Positions 25,883 to 35,874 of a stretch of DNA of 64,000 nucleotides are shown here, in pieces; within the stretch, counting starts at the first letter, position 1; each line of letters begins with the position of its first letter. Below the pieces are notes generated by a model that was not told the origin of the DNA, did no database searches, and was given only the letters and a program-made list of their open reading frames with translations. Source of the stretch: an uncultured virus (IMG/VR IMGVR_UViG_3300034062_003972) (Duplodnaviria > Heunggongvirae > Uroviricota > Caudoviricetes); the IMG/VR virus record IMGVR_UViG_3300034062_003972; one strand, given 5' to 3'. The position numbers and the translations under genes are program-made.

Positions 25883-27540
25883 ACGGGAATCTCCATGCGA
25901 AAACGCTCGCGGGGGTCGTGGGCGATGATCAACTTCTTCTTCGCCCTGGTCACGCCGACGTACTCGATCCGCCGCTCCTCGTTGAACCGCTCCTGATCGT
26001 TCTCCTCGCTCTCGCGGATGCGGCGGCCGACGCTGGTGAGCATGATGACCTTGGATGCCTCTTGCCCCTTAACTGAATGCACTGTGCCAAGCCTCACTTT
26101 CGGCTCGCTGACCACATCGACCCCCCACCGCTTTGCGGCAGTCGCCCACTTCGTGCCGCCGTCCGGAAGGCCGCTCCACTCGCCGCTGGCGATCGCGGCC
26201 CGCAGGTGCTCGGTCGCCCCCAGGCCGGCGATGTCCTCGGGGTAGATGCGGTCGTAGTGCTCGGACAGCCCCTTCGTCCACTTGGCCTTGCTGCCGCGCT
26301 CAAGCCATGTTCGGCCGTCGGTCGTCTTCGACGGCAGCATCTCAAGGATGCACCCCCACTGGTCGCCGCTGATCGCCTCGCCGTGCTGGAGTCTCCACAG
26401 GCCGCCCATGCCGAGGTCGCGGTTGTGGGCTCCCGGCCTGCCTTTCACCTTCCGGAACGGGATGCCGACGTCGTCGAGGATCGCGGCCATCCGCCCGACC
26501 TGCCGATTCGTCCTCGCGATGACCAGCGTCTCCTCCCGCGGGTCGATGTCGGCCAGGTCGTCCTCGAAGTTCTCGCTCTCGATGACCTCGCCGTCATGCT
26601 CGGCCGGGGCGATGCCGCGATCCCAGTAGTCGGGCAGGCTCTTGAGGCACCGCTCGCCGAGGGCCAGGATCGGGGCGGCGCATCGCCACGACTTCGGCAT
26701 GATCTTCTGATTCTTGCCGACGTCCCACGACATAAAGTGCGACGCCGATGCTCCGCCCCACGAGTAGAGCACCTGCCACGGGTCGCCAACGGCCCACGCC
26801 CACTTGACGCTGTCGCCCTCCAGAAGCCTCCGGCACGCCATATCGAGGAGGGCCGAGGCATCCTGGGCCTCGTCGAAAATCCACCCCACGACGTCGTTCG
26901 GAACGCCCCCCGCCGGCTCGACAATCTCCGGCCCGTCGGCCGGGCTGAACCTGACCCCGGAGAACCGGGCCAGCATATCGGTGAAATCCATCCGGTGGTC
27001 GAGCCGCTTGGCCTGTTCGTACTGCTCGATCCTGGCGATCACCTCGCCGGCCGACGGGGCATCCGGCGAGCCGTCGGCCTCGACGACCTGCCGCAGCGGC
27101 ACCACGAGGTTTCTGGAGAGGCTCCAGTAGTTCAAGGCCGCCGCCGCCACAGGGTCGCCGGTGTAGATGCCGACGCCGCCATCGTCGTCCTCGGAGAGGC
27201 TGTAGGCCACATCGCTCCCTAGAGCCTCAGACACCCATTTGTCGTCCTCTTTGCTGCCGCCCAGTATCTCCCCCTTACTGACCCCCAGTTGCCTATAGGC
27301 GACGCTGTGGGCCGTCCTGAACCACCCAGCCCCGGACAGGTCGTCGGCACTGACCCCCCAGGCCGCCGCGGCACGGTTGGCCGCCTCCGACCGGGCGGCG
27401 CGTGTGAAACTGGAGAAACCCAAGGCGAACGGGTTCCGGCCGACCTCGGGCCGATCCATCGCCTTCTCCATGATCCCCAGCATCATCGAGGTCTTCCCGG
27501 TGCCTGCCCCACCGATCACGCGAGCCAGAATCACGCTCAT
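25879..27540 (-). CDS. UvrD/Rep-like SF1 helicase
   Basis: GGAGTGKT, DEAQD, VGDPWQ, TVHSVKGQE, YVGVTRAK. Confidence 0.9.
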   Translation of the reverse strand: MSVILARVIGGAGTGKTSMMLGIMEKAMDRPEVGRNPFALGFSSFTRAARSEAANRAAAAWGVSADDLSGAGWFRTAHSVAYRQLGVSKGEILGGSKEDDKWVSEALGSDVAYSLSEDDDGGVGIYTGDPVAAAALNYWSLSRNLVVPLRQVVEADGSPDAPSAGEVIARIEQYEQAKRLDHRMDFTDMLARFSGVRFSPADGPEIVEPAGGVPNDVVGWIFDEAQDASALLDMACRRLLEGDSVKWAWAVGDPWQVLYSWGGASASHFMSWDVGKNQKIMPKSWRCAAPILALGERCLKSLPDYWDRGIAPAEHDGEVIESENFEDDLADIDPREETLVIARTNRQVGRMAAILDDVGIPFRKVKGRPGAHNRDLGMGGLWRLQHGEAISGDQWGCILEMLPSKTTDGRTWLERGSKAKWTKGLSEHYDRIYPEDIAGLGATEHLRAAIASGEWSGLPDGGTKWATAAKRWGVDVVSEPKVRLGTVHSVKGQEASKVIMLTSVGRRIRESEENDQERFNEERRIEYVGVTRAKKKLIIAHDPRERFRMEIPV

Positions 27541-27615
27541 CTCACCCTCCTTGGACGGTTGGACGGAATGTCAAAATAGGAAAACTGTCCACCTAAGTGC
27601 TTGCCAGTAGCCAAC

Positions 27616-29406
27616 TTAAATAGCCTGGACGGTGGACGGTTCGTGATATTCGGTTTTTTCAAAAACTTCATCGGCCTCCCCCTTTACTGGCCGTCCGTCC
27701 GGGGCGTCGTCATCCCCGGCCGCCATGCTTTCTAGGGCCAAAATCCAGCGTTTTGTGAAGACGACGTATTCCAGCCGGCTGGACGGAAAACGGTGACGGC
27801 GGTGTTCAAAGTCACTGGCCCCGACTGCGTCCAGAAGCCTCGACCTGACCTTGCTCCTCTCGCCTGGGGCGACGTCGTGTGCGCTGGAGATGTCCTCCCA
27901 GACCTTCCCCCATTGAAACCAGAGTTCGTCTGGGGTGACCCAGCACGGCCTGCCTGACTCGTTCGGCTCCGGCTTCTCCTCGTTCCTCGGCTGGGTGGCC
28001 TTTCGGAAGACCTGGAGGAGGTATCCGGCCAGTTGGGCGTAGCGGAGGCTCGACGTGCCGACCTGGATGTCGTCCACGGCGTTCTTCCGCTGAACCAGTT
28101 GCTCCATGAGCCCTGGAACGCTCATGCCTCCCGTCTTCTCGGAGGCGTCTACGCCCTTCCAAGCGTCCCGCCATTTGGCCGTGTCGCCGTCGAGGATCAC
28201 CCTGCGGGTAGCCAGGAAGACCGTGGAGGCCACCTTGGCGGCCGACCGGAACGTGTCGAAAGTCATCTGAATCTTCCCCTTGCACGGCGTCCTGCGCCAT
28301 GCCGGGACGCACAGAATGACCTCCGGCGGGTCGGAGTGGATCATCTGGATCGACCAGTCGCCCGGCCGATATGCGTCGATCTTGCCGGCCCGGTAACGCT
28401 CCAGCCCGTGGGCCTCGAAGCCGCTGACGGCTACGGCGCCGTCCGACGAGCCATCGCCCTGCTCGACGTTCTGAATCTCGGCCTCGACGGCCACCTCGGT
28501 CAGGTCGGTTGGGGTCGGAGTCCACCGCTCCTCCTCGTGCCGCCTACGGTAGTGCGAGAAGCACGAGTTGACGATCTGGAGAACCTCGTGCGGCTTCTTG
28601 GGCGGCACCATGTATTTTTCGTTGGCGTCCTGAATCTCCTTGGTCAGGACTGCCCGCCGCTCTGGAAGAAGCGGGTAGCGGTCGTTGATGATCTTGTTCC
28701 ACGCCCACATGAGGAGGGCGCGGTGCCGCCCCTCGCCGTCATGGACGATGCGGAACACCAGCGGCCCCTGGTACTCGCCGCCGCTGCCAGCCTTGCCGGA
28801 TGAGTAGTTGACGATCTGGACGAGAAGGTCGCGCGGCGTCTCGGCGACGTCGATCTCCTCGATCGACATCCCAGGCTTCCATTCGTAGCGGACACCGCTC
28901 CAGTGCCAGGACGGCGGCAGGACGCTTTGAATCTGCGCGTCGCCGCCTCCAACGCGGCACTCCAGGCCGCCAGGCTCTGCCTTGGAGATGTCGGCGAGCC
29001 TGTCGTCCCACTTCGTGAGTTGGTGCGTCGAGCGGCCGCTCGTCCACGACGGGGTGTCGAGGGCGTGCAGGCCGAGAGCCTCACGAAACGCCTTGCCTTC
29101 CGGCGTGTCGTCCTCGTTGTCGATGTAGCCGCCGCCGGGGCCGAGAAGCACGCCGACGTTGAACGGCACGCCGTCGTCCCACGCCAGAATGTCGTCCTCG
29201 CTCTTGGCGAACCGCGAGCCCCAGTTGGTTCCCACCGGATGCTTGCCAGCCGACCGCTCGGCAGACCTTCCGACGGCGCACTCGGGGTCGCCGCAGGTGC
29301 AGCGGCCGTCTGGGTAGATGCCGTGCAGCCGGATGATGCGCAGCCCCTTGGAAAGGTAGATCGCGCACCACTTGAACATCTCGTCGAAACTGAACTCAAA
29401 TGCCAT
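27616..29406 (-). CDS. Bifunctional primase/polymerase (Prim-Pol) with PriCT-like domain
   Basis: CTCG..C...GKHP, NVGV, D.ED, VLPPS.H.SG..Y.W; RH.AL...PPK. Confidence 0.8.
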   Translation of the reverse strand: MAFEFSFDEMFKWCAIYLSKGLRIIRLHGIYPDGRCTCGDPECAVGRSAERSAGKHPVGTNWGSRFAKSEDDILAWDDGVPFNVGVLLGPGGGYIDNEDDTPEGKAFREALGLHALDTPSWTSGRSTHQLTKWDDRLADISKAEPGGLECRVGGGDAQIQSVLPPSWHWSGVRYEWKPGMSIEEIDVAETPRDLLVQIVNYSSGKAGSGGEYQGPLVFRIVHDGEGRHRALLMWAWNKIINDRYPLLPERRAVLTKEIQDANEKYMVPPKKPHEVLQIVNSCFSHYRRRHEEERWTPTPTDLTEVAVEAEIQNVEQGDGSSDGAVAVSGFEAHGLERYRAGKIDAYRPGDWSIQMIHSDPPEVILCVPAWRRTPCKGKIQMTFDTFRSAAKVASTVFLATRRVILDGDTAKWRDAWKGVDASEKTGGMSVPGLMEQLVQRKNAVDDIQVGTSSLRYAQLAGYLLQVFRKATQPRNEEKPEPNESGRPCWVTPDELWFQWGKVWEDISSAHDVAPGERSKVRSRLLDAVGASDFEHRRHRFPSSRLEYVVFTKRWILALESMAAGDDDAPDGRPVKGEADEVFEKTEYHEPSTVQAI

Positions 29407-29419
29407 CTGCTAACTCCGT

Positions 29420-30145
29420 TTAGCGACTTCCGAACTTCCTCTGCATTGAAATCCTTGCGCCGTCGATCACGCCCCGCCGCTCGCTCCAAATCTTGTTGGT
29501 TCCGTTCATCACGAACAGAAGATCGTCAGGCTGAATTTCTCCGACCCCAAGTCGCCCCCAGAACCGCACCGCAAAGGCCGCGTTTCCTGGGTTCCCGGCT
29601 CTTCCGGCGTAGTGCGCGAATCCGTTGTAGGAGAAGATCGGGACGTACCCGTGGCCGTCGAAATCGGTTTCCGCGTAGTCGTGGCACTGCGACCACCACT
29701 TCGTGTAGTCCTTCCAGTCGATGCTCGGGTTGAATGCGTGGTAGTTCTTGAACTCGACGCCTAGCCTTGGGTACTCATCCTTCCAGCCAGATCGGTCGCG
29801 AGGCTGGATTATTGCGTCGATGCGAAGGCGCCTGCCGCTCCAGTGCGTTCCCTGCGCTTCCCTGTGAATGAAGAAGTGCTTCGACAGCCTTTCGAGAACC
29901 CGATTTGCAACGGCCCTTTCGTCACCGATGCTCTTGGCCGCCGCCTTCATGCAGCGGTATGCGATTTCGTAGATGTCTCCCCTGCTTTTTGGAGGAGAGC
30001 AGTTGCTCTCGTTGAACTCATTCAGCGATTGAACGAGAGACTCAAGGACGTCAGTGCTGTCTGCTTCCATGAGCGACAGCGCGACTCGACGCCCCTCCGC
30101 GAACAGAGCCTCATGCCGCTGGCCGGTCGCAAAGCATTCGCTCAT
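29420..30145 (-). CDS. PriCT-like N-terminus plus PD-(D/E)XK-like nuclease
   Basis: GQRHEALF...N..NCSPP; RID...GVEFK. Confidence 0.6.
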   Translation of the reverse strand: MSECFATGQRHEALFAEGRRVALSLMEADSTDVLESLVQSLNEFNESNCSPPKSRGDIYEIAYRCMKAAAKSIGDERAVANRVLERLSKHFFIHREAQGTHWSGRRLRIDAIIQPRDRSGWKDEYPRLGVEFKNYHAFNPSIDWKDYTKWWSQCHDYAETDFDGHGYVPIFSYNGFAHYAGRAGNPGNAAFAVRFWGRLGVGEIQPDDLLFVMNGTNKIWSERRGVIDGARISMQRKFGSR

Positions 30146-30165
30146 GGTCGTGCTCCTTGATTTAG

Positions 30166-30209
30166 AAAACCCCCTCCCGGCCCCGCTGCTCGCAGGGGCC
30201 GGGAGGGTT
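30166..30209 (-). terminator. Intrinsic terminator
   Basis: 13-bp stem CCCTCCCGGCCCC/GGGGCCGGGAGGG followed by GGTTTTCT on the minus strand. Confidence 0.65.
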
Positions 30210-30343
30210 CGGTTCGCCAGGCGTCATGTGGCGGAGGGGAAACCACAGGGGATCGCCCGACTTCCGCTGGTTACACGCCACTCGCGGCTAGGCGACCGGC
30301 CCACAAGTGCGTGGGTTTCGGGCCGCCGGTCCGGCCGCTTTTC

Positions 30344-31123
30344 TCACTCGTCCTCGTGGGCCTCGGGCGTGACGACCGCGCCGGCCGGCGGCGCGGAGAA
30401 CATCGCCTTCAGCGGCTCGGCGTAGAGCCGACGAGCCACCTCGCCCTGCGCCTCGGAGATCACGCCGACGACGCGCGGGACAATCGTCGAGTAGGGCTGG
30501 CCGCCCGACGACTTGGCCTTCTCCAACTTGAGGCCGACGACGCACTCGTAGTGGAACGAGGGCAACCGCTTCTGGAACGGCCCCCACGTCGCAAGCGAGC
30601 CCGGCCCGACGGTGACCAGGAGCGGCCACGTCTCACCCTCACGAAGGATCGCCAGGATGCGGGCCTCCTTGACCCGCTTGCCCGCGCCGCCACGGCTGGA
30701 GCCGTAGCCGAAGTCGCTCGACCTCGACAGCGCTTCCCAGTCGTACTTCCGGTCGCCGATCCGGTACTTCTCCAGCACCTCGGGCTTGATCGTCCCCAGA
30801 TCGTCCGACACGCGGTAGCCGACCAGGAGATCGTTCGACACGATCACCGGCCGCTGGTCCGTTGGGTCGTCCTGGGGCCAGAGCACGCCGCGCTTGGCGA
30901 TGCCCACCAGCAGGCCGACGATCTCGTCGGTCGACTGGCTATTGCCGTCGATGTTGACCTCCCACTTCGTGCCGCCGCCGGCCGGGGTCCGCACGCGGAC
31001 CAAGTCCTGCTCGCGCATCGGCTCGCCATCGAGGTTCGCCTCGATGATCCGAATCTGCCGACTGTCGGCCGAGAGGCCGGGGTAGTCGATCGTCTTTACG
31101 TTCGTCGAAATCGCAGTTGTCAT
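30344..31123 (-). CDS. Conserved replication-module protein, possible ssDNA-binding protein
   Basis: 259 aa, acidic tail, located between helicase and primase. Confidence 0.55.
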   Translation of the reverse strand: MTTAISTNVKTIDYPGLSADSRQIRIIEANLDGEPMREQDLVRVRTPAGGGTKWEVNIDGNSQSTDEIVGLLVGIAKRGVLWPQDDPTDQRPVIVSNDLLVGYRVSDDLGTIKPEVLEKYRIGDRKYDWEALSRSSDFGYGSSRGGAGKRVKEARILAILREGETWPLLVTVGPGSLATWGPFQKRLPSFHYECVVGLKLEKAKSSGGQPYSTIVPRVVGVISEAQGEVARRLYAEPLKAMFSAPPAGAVVTPEAHEDE

Positions 31124-31164
31124 GGCAACTGTCTCCTAGAAGCCTATCGGACCATCAACCTGCG

Positions 31165-31614
31165 TCAGCCAACCGTGACGTGACGCAACTTCGGAGCCAC
31201 GAATTCACCGACCAGACCCTCGAACGGCGTGCCGTCCGAATACGCCTGCCTGGGGTCGGCGTCTCGATCCTTCGACTGCTCCTTGAGCAGCGACTTGAGC
31301 CGAGCCGTGTTCACCGTGATGAGCGCGTCGTCGATGCCGGCAGCCTTGGCCGCGCGGAGGACGAGGTCACGCCGTTCCGCCGGCACGCTGAAGTAGTGGT
31401 CGTGCTCGACCCGCCACGACCGGCCGGCGACCTTGACGCCGTCGAGCCGTTGTTCCGCCATCGCCTTGACGGCGATGCGTTCCAGCGCCTCGCGGCGTTC
31501 CTTGAGGCCGTCGACCTCGCCGTTGAGTTTCGCGACGTGCTTATCGATTTCGGCGATCTCGGCCAGCGCGTCAGTGAGAGACGGCCCGTCCACCAAATCC
31601 ACGGAGGATTGCAT
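31165..31614 (-). CDS. Coiled-coil replication-module protein
   Basis: 149 aa. Confidence 0.7.
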   Translation of the reverse strand: MQSSVDLVDGPSLTDALAEIAEIDKHVAKLNGEVDGLKERREALERIAVKAMAEQRLDGVKVAGRSWRVEHDHYFSVPAERRDLVLRAAKAAGIDDALITVNTARLKSLLKEQSKDRDADPRQAYSDGTPFEGLVGEFVAPKLRHVTVG

Positions 31615-32950
31615 CGACCACGTCCTTTCGTTCGGAGAGGGCTTCATAGACGCGGCCGTCGACAGTTCGGCGGCCGCCATTCGTTGCGATCAAGTGGTAG
31701 ATCACGGTGCGTCGTCCCTGGCCTGGGCGGTGCAGGCGGGCGACGGCTTGTTCGTATTCAGCCAACGAGTAGCCAAGCGAAAAGAACCACGCATAGGCTG
31801 CCCGCGTGAGATCAATGCCGATCCCTCCCGACTGAATTTGTGCAACGAGCGTCGTTGTAGCCCCAAGTTGCCAATCCGACAACTCGGATTTGGCACCGGA
31901 GAGTTCGCTCACGCTGCGGCCGGTCGCGGAGCACGCTTCGCGAGCGCACTCGATGTCAGACTTGAACCGGCAGAAGATCACGACGGGCTCATCAGACGGC
32001 AAATCTTCCAGCATATCACGCAGCGTAGACGCCTTGGCTGGATGCTCGGCGATTTTCCTGGCAGTTTTCTCGTCGTCGAACTTGACATAGCCGCCCGTGC
32101 ATTGGTGGAGCCGTAGCAACTGCTCCAGAGCATTCTTCGGCGTCACGGCGCCGCTTTCGCACAGGAAGCAGAACTCCTTCTCCAGTTCGACGTACACCTT
32201 CGCCTCGGCCGGCGAAAGGTCGACAGGCACGTCGATCATCTGGATCGGAGGGAGGTCGAGGACGTCCTGGCTGCGGACTTGGTGCGAGGTATTGCGAACC
32301 AGTGCGTGGGCTTGCGGGAGATTGCGGAAGCCGACGACGAAGTTCTGCCCCGGCGGCGTGATAGCGTACTGCGCCTTATGAAGCGTGTACGATGTACCGA
32401 AAGTGGTGCAGTCGGGAGCCTCGACGCTCCGGTAGATGCCCCACAGGTCGAGCACGCTGTGCGGCACGAGCGTGCCGCTCAAACCGATGGCGACGGCTTC
32501 GGGATTCTTGGCCCGCACGCGACCAGCCCAGCGGCTGGCGACGCCAGACGGGCTCTTGAGGCGATGCACCTCGTCCCAGACCAAGAAATCCCACCTGGCC
32601 TTCTCCGCGCCCTTGATCCGCCAGATCGACTCGTAGTTAGCGACGACGATGCACGGCGACGGGTCGGCGAGCGCGGCCTGGAGTTGCTTCTCCTTCTGGG
32701 CCGACGAGCCCTTCTCAAGGGCGACGACGCGGATGCCAGGAGCCCAGAGCCCGGCCTGCTTCTTCCAGGCCGCGATGACTGCCTTCGGGCAACAGACCAG
32801 CACGCGGGTCCATCCGCGTGCCTTGGCCTTGCGCAGCAGAAATTCGAGCGTGGTGCGGGTCTTGCCTGACCCCATCCCGTGCGCCCAGAACACGCCGAGG
32901 CGGTCCCAGGCCCACGCGATGGCTTCTTCCTGATGCTTCCAGAGAGCCAC
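31571..32950 (-). CDS. SNF2-family SF2 helicase
   Basis: MGSGKT, DEVH, LSGT, GGIGIDL, QAVARLHRPGQ. Confidence 0.9.
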   Translation of the reverse strand: MALWKHQEEAIAWAWDRLGVFWAHGMGSGKTRTTLEFLLRKAKARGWTRVLVCCPKAVIAAWKKQAGLWAPGIRVVALEKGSSAQKEKQLQAALADPSPCIVVANYESIWRIKGAEKARWDFLVWDEVHRLKSPSGVASRWAGRVRAKNPEAVAIGLSGTLVPHSVLDLWGIYRSVEAPDCTTFGTSYTLHKAQYAITPPGQNFVVGFRNLPQAHALVRNTSHQVRSQDVLDLPPIQMIDVPVDLSPAEAKVYVELEKEFCFLCESGAVTPKNALEQLLRLHQCTGGYVKFDDEKTARKIAEHPAKASTLRDMLEDLPSDEPVVIFCRFKSDIECAREACSATGRSVSELSGAKSELSDWQLGATTTLVAQIQSGGIGIDLTRAAYAWFFSLGYSLAEYEQAVARLHRPGQGRRTVIYHLIATNGGRRTVDGRVYEALSERKDVVDAILRGFGGRAVSH

Positions 32951-32994
32951 GCCGACGCTCCTCCATGAGTCGGAGGAATGTATCGGCCGGTAGG

Positions 32995-33597
32995 CTACTT
33001 GGCAATAGAAGGTTTTTTGAGCCGGATCGAATCGCGGAGCCGGCCGACGGCCTTGCCGGTGGCGAACGTCGCCTTCGCCGCCGCCACGTTCGCGAGGCAT
33101 GACCGGCGCGAGAACATCCACTGATTCGGCCCGCGGTGGCTCCTGGCCGACCAAAGTTGCCGGCCGACGACCTTGCCTTGCTTCGCCAGCACGACCGCGT
33201 AGGAGCGTTGCATTCCGAGGATTTTGGCAGCCTCGGTTGTCGAAATGGCGTCAGCCAAGGCGATCCTTGTCGTCACGGCGGCCAGGTGAGCCAGGACGGC
33301 CTGCCGGTGGTCGGTATGGTCGCGGGGGCGTTTTCCTGTGCCGCCAGCCGCCATATCGTGGCAGTATTCGACCCAGTTCTCTTCGACCTCCCGGCCGTCG
33401 AAGAACGTGATCCGTCGTTCTCCGAGGCTCTCGAAGTGGGCGGCGGCCAGTTTGCCGCGGAGTGCCATCCTGTACGGCACGGTGAAGTGGACACCCATCA
33501 GAGACGCGGCCTCGTGGGCGCCGATCGCCTGAAATGTCGCAGTGTCCGCACGGACGGCAGAAACCACCCGACCAGCCTTTTTTGCCCGTTTTGCCAT
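32995..33597 (-). CDS. Tandem excisionase-like HTH regulator
   Basis: IGAHEAASLMGV and ISTTEAAKILGM repeats. Confidence 0.7.
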   Translation of the reverse strand: MAKRAKKAGRVVSAVRADTATFQAIGAHEAASLMGVHFTVPYRMALRGKLAAAHFESLGERRITFFDGREVEENWVEYCHDMAAGGTGKRPRDHTDHRQAVLAHLAAVTTRIALADAISTTEAAKILGMQRSYAVVLAKQGKVVGRQLWSARSHRGPNQWMFSRRSCLANVAAAKATFATGKAVGRLRDSIRLKKPSIAK

Positions 33598-33624
33598 GCG
33601 TTGCCCCTGTCCCCGAAACTGAGG

Positions 33625-33653
33625 TTGAACTGGAGGATAGGGGATTCTATCTT
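33625..33653 (+). promoter_or_regulatory. sigma70-like promoter
   Basis: TTGAAC-N17-TATCTT in the divergent intergenic region. Confidence 0.5.
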
Positions 33654-33698
33654 TCCACGCTGACCAACCGCCGGAAGGAAACCCGCAGGAGGCCAGCG

Positions 33699-33896
33699 AT
33701 GGATCGCCGTTTCAACGTCCTTGTGGAGTGGGAGGATTCCGAGGACAAGGATCACATGGATGCCGACGAGGTGCAAGTATGGGCAGAAGATGCGGACTGC
33801 GCCATAAGGAAGGCCAGAAAAGAGTGGCGGATGACCATCGGTGCCAAGTTCCCGAGGTGCGTCATCACAGACGTGAGGATGGCCCCAAAGAAGTAG
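33699..33896 (+). CDS. Hypothetical protein
   Basis: AGGAGG RBS; 65 aa. Confidence 0.7.
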   Translation: MDRRFNVLVEWEDSEDKDHMDADEVQVWAEDADCAIRKARKEWRMTIGAKFPRCVITDVRMAPKK

Positions 33897-33940
33897 TTGC
33901 CTCCCGAGAAAGTGGTGGCATCCTACCGAGGGATTCCACC

Positions 33941-34792
33941 ATGACTATCACCACGCTTTTGATTGACCAGTACGCGCCGCTGCGCGGCATCGACCCGCGA
34001 ACGATCGAACTCTACGGGTACACGATCAAGGCGTGGGGAGAGTTTCTGGGCCATTCCCCAACTCTCGACGACCTGTCGGACGAGTTGGCGATTGCCAGAT
34101 TCCTGGCTCACCGCCTGACCGTCCGCAGCGTTGCGACGGCCGCCAAGGATCGTTCACAGGTGCGCGCATTGGCAGAGTTTGCCTACCGCCGCGGCCTCAT
34201 CAAGGCGTGGCCGACGATTCGCACCATTCGCGTGCCGGAGCGGGTGCCGCAGGCGTGGCTGACCGACGAGTTCAAGAAACTCCTGGCAGCCTGCGACGGC
34301 GAGGTCGGAGAGGTCGCCGGGGTGCCAGCCTCGCTGTGGTGGCGGGCCGCCATGCTCACCTGCTACGAACTTGGCGAGCGCATCGGAGGCATTCTTGGCA
34401 TCGAGTGGCGCGACGTCTCGCCACACGGCATCGTCGTCCGCGCCGAGGAGCGCAAGGGAAAGCGGCGCGATCTCTTCCGTTCGATCTCCCCTGAGTGCCA
34501 CGCCGCGATCGAGGCTATCCGCACCGACCGCAAGGTGGTCTTCGACTGGGACCGCTGCTACACGAGCCTGTGGGGGCGGCTCGGCAAAATCTGCGAGCGG
34601 GCAGGGCTGCCGAACGACCGCTACAGCAAATTCCACCGCGTGCGCAAAACGACAGCCTCATACGCCGCCGCCGCTGGGCTCAACGCCCAGGCCGTCATGG
34701 ATCACGCCTCGCCGCTCACAACCCAGCGATACCTCGATCCCAGGATCGTGCGGCCGCAGGATGTCCACGCGGCGCTGCCCAAGGTCAGTTGA
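33941..34792 (+). CDS. Tyrosine recombinase/integrase (XerC-sized)
   Basis: GER, K, HRVR, DH, TQRY catalytic residues; 283 aa. Confidence 0.9.
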   Translation: MTITTLLIDQYAPLRGIDPRTIELYGYTIKAWGEFLGHSPTLDDLSDELAIARFLAHRLTVRSVATAAKDRSQVRALAEFAYRRGLIKAWPTIRTIRVPERVPQAWLTDEFKKLLAACDGEVGEVAGVPASLWWRAAMLTCYELGERIGGILGIEWRDVSPHGIVVRAEERKGKRRDLFRSISPECHAAIEAIRTDRKVVFDWDRCYTSLWGRLGKICERAGLPNDRYSKFHRVRKTTASYAAAAGLNAQAVMDHASPLTTQRYLDPRIVRPQDVHAALPKVS

Positions 34793-34888
34793 CCCGTAGA
34801 CGTGCGGCGGGTCGTAGGGGCAGTTCTGGCACCCCAGCCCGCAGCACCGGCCCCTGGCCGCCAGAACCTTGGCCGGTATCGGCTTCAC
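34658..34888 (-). CDS. DUF5522-like small Cys protein
   Basis: [18 protein letters not shown] overlap with gmd. Confidence 0.65.
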   Translation of the reverse strand: MKPIPAKVLAARGRCCGLGCQNCPYDPPHVYGSTDLGQRRVDILRPHDPGIEVSLGCERRGVIHDGLGVEPSGGGV

Positions 34889-35874
34889 TCCGACGCCGCG
34901 GAGGCCACGATCGCCTCACGCCTCGCCAGTTCGCAGTCATCGTCAGTCATCATTTCGACGAGGCCGTCGAACGTCGTGCCTGGCTCCCAGCCGAGCCGAT
35001 CGCGAGCCAGGGCCGCGTCGGCTTGGAGCACGTCCACCTCGGCCGGGCGGTAGTACCTCGGGTCGATCTCGACGTGGTCGCGGTAGTCAAACCCAGCGTG
35101 AGCGAACGCCGATTCGCAGAACTCCCGCACGGTATGCGTCTCGCCCGTGCCGATGACGTACTCTCTCGGAGTAGCCTCTTGCAGCATCAGCCACATCGCC
35201 TCGACGTAGTCGCCTGCGAAGCCCCAGTCCCGACGGGCATCGAGGTTGCCGAGGTAGAGTTTCTGCTGTAGCCCATGCTTGATTCGCCCGACGGCTCGAC
35301 TGATCTTGCGTGTCACAAAAGTTTCGCCGCGTCGCGGGCTCTCGTGGTTGAACAGGATGCCGCAGGATGCGTGCAGGCCGTAAGACTCGCGGTAGTTGAT
35401 CGTGATCGAGTGCGCGAAAAGTTTCGCGCAGGCATACGGCGACCTCGGCTGAAACGGTGTGGCCTCTCGCTGCGGGGCCGGCGAGTTGCCGAACAGTTCG
35501 CTGCTCGACGCCTGGTAGAACCTCGCCTGCGGCGCGTGGTCGCGGATCGCCTCAAGCATCCGCAGGCAGCCGATGCCGGTGGCGTCGGCTGTGTAGGTCG
35601 GCTGGTCGAACGACACGCGGACGTGGCTCTGGGCCGCCAGGTTGTAGACCTCGTCTGGCTGTACCTCGCGGACAATGCGGGCCATCGCGCCGCCGTCGCA
35701 CACGTCGCCGTGGTGGAGGTGGAGCCGCTCGAACTCGTGATCGATGCGGCCCGTGTTAAACGTGCTGGCCCGGCGCACGACGCCATGCACCTCGTAGCCC
35801 TTCGCGAGCAGGAACTCGGCGAGGTAGGAGCCGTCCTGGCCCGTGATGCCCGTGATCAGAGCGCGACGCTGCAT
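34885..35874 (-). CDS. gmd: GDP-mannose 4,6-dehydratase
   Basis: [45 protein letters not shown]. Confidence 0.97.
   Translation of the reverse strand: MQRRALITGITGQDGSYLAEFLLAKGYEVHGVVRRASTFNTGRIDHEFERLHLHHGDVCDGGAMARIVREVQPDEVYNLAAQSHVRVSFDQPTYTADATGIGCLRMLEAIRDHAPQARFYQASSSELFGNSPAPQREATPFQPRSPYACAKLFAHSITINYRESYGLHASCGILFNHESPRRGETFVTRKISRAVGRIKHGLQQKLYLGNLDARRDWGFAGDYVEAMWLMLQEATPREYVIGTGETHTVREFCESAFAHAGFDYRDHVEIDPRYYRPAEVDVLQADAALARDRLGWEPGTTFDGLVEMMTDDDCELARREAIVASAASE

Noticed and set aside
27541..27575. CsrA hairpin before the SF1 helicase
   Set aside because: AAGGAG is flanked by only 2 bp of pairing and is explained by the SD alone
30210..30343. tRNA
   Set aside because: No T-arm GTTC motif or acceptor stem with CCA; kept only as a possible structured RNA
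33598..34884. attP site
   Set aside because: No tRNA-like core or arm repeats recognisable around the recombinase
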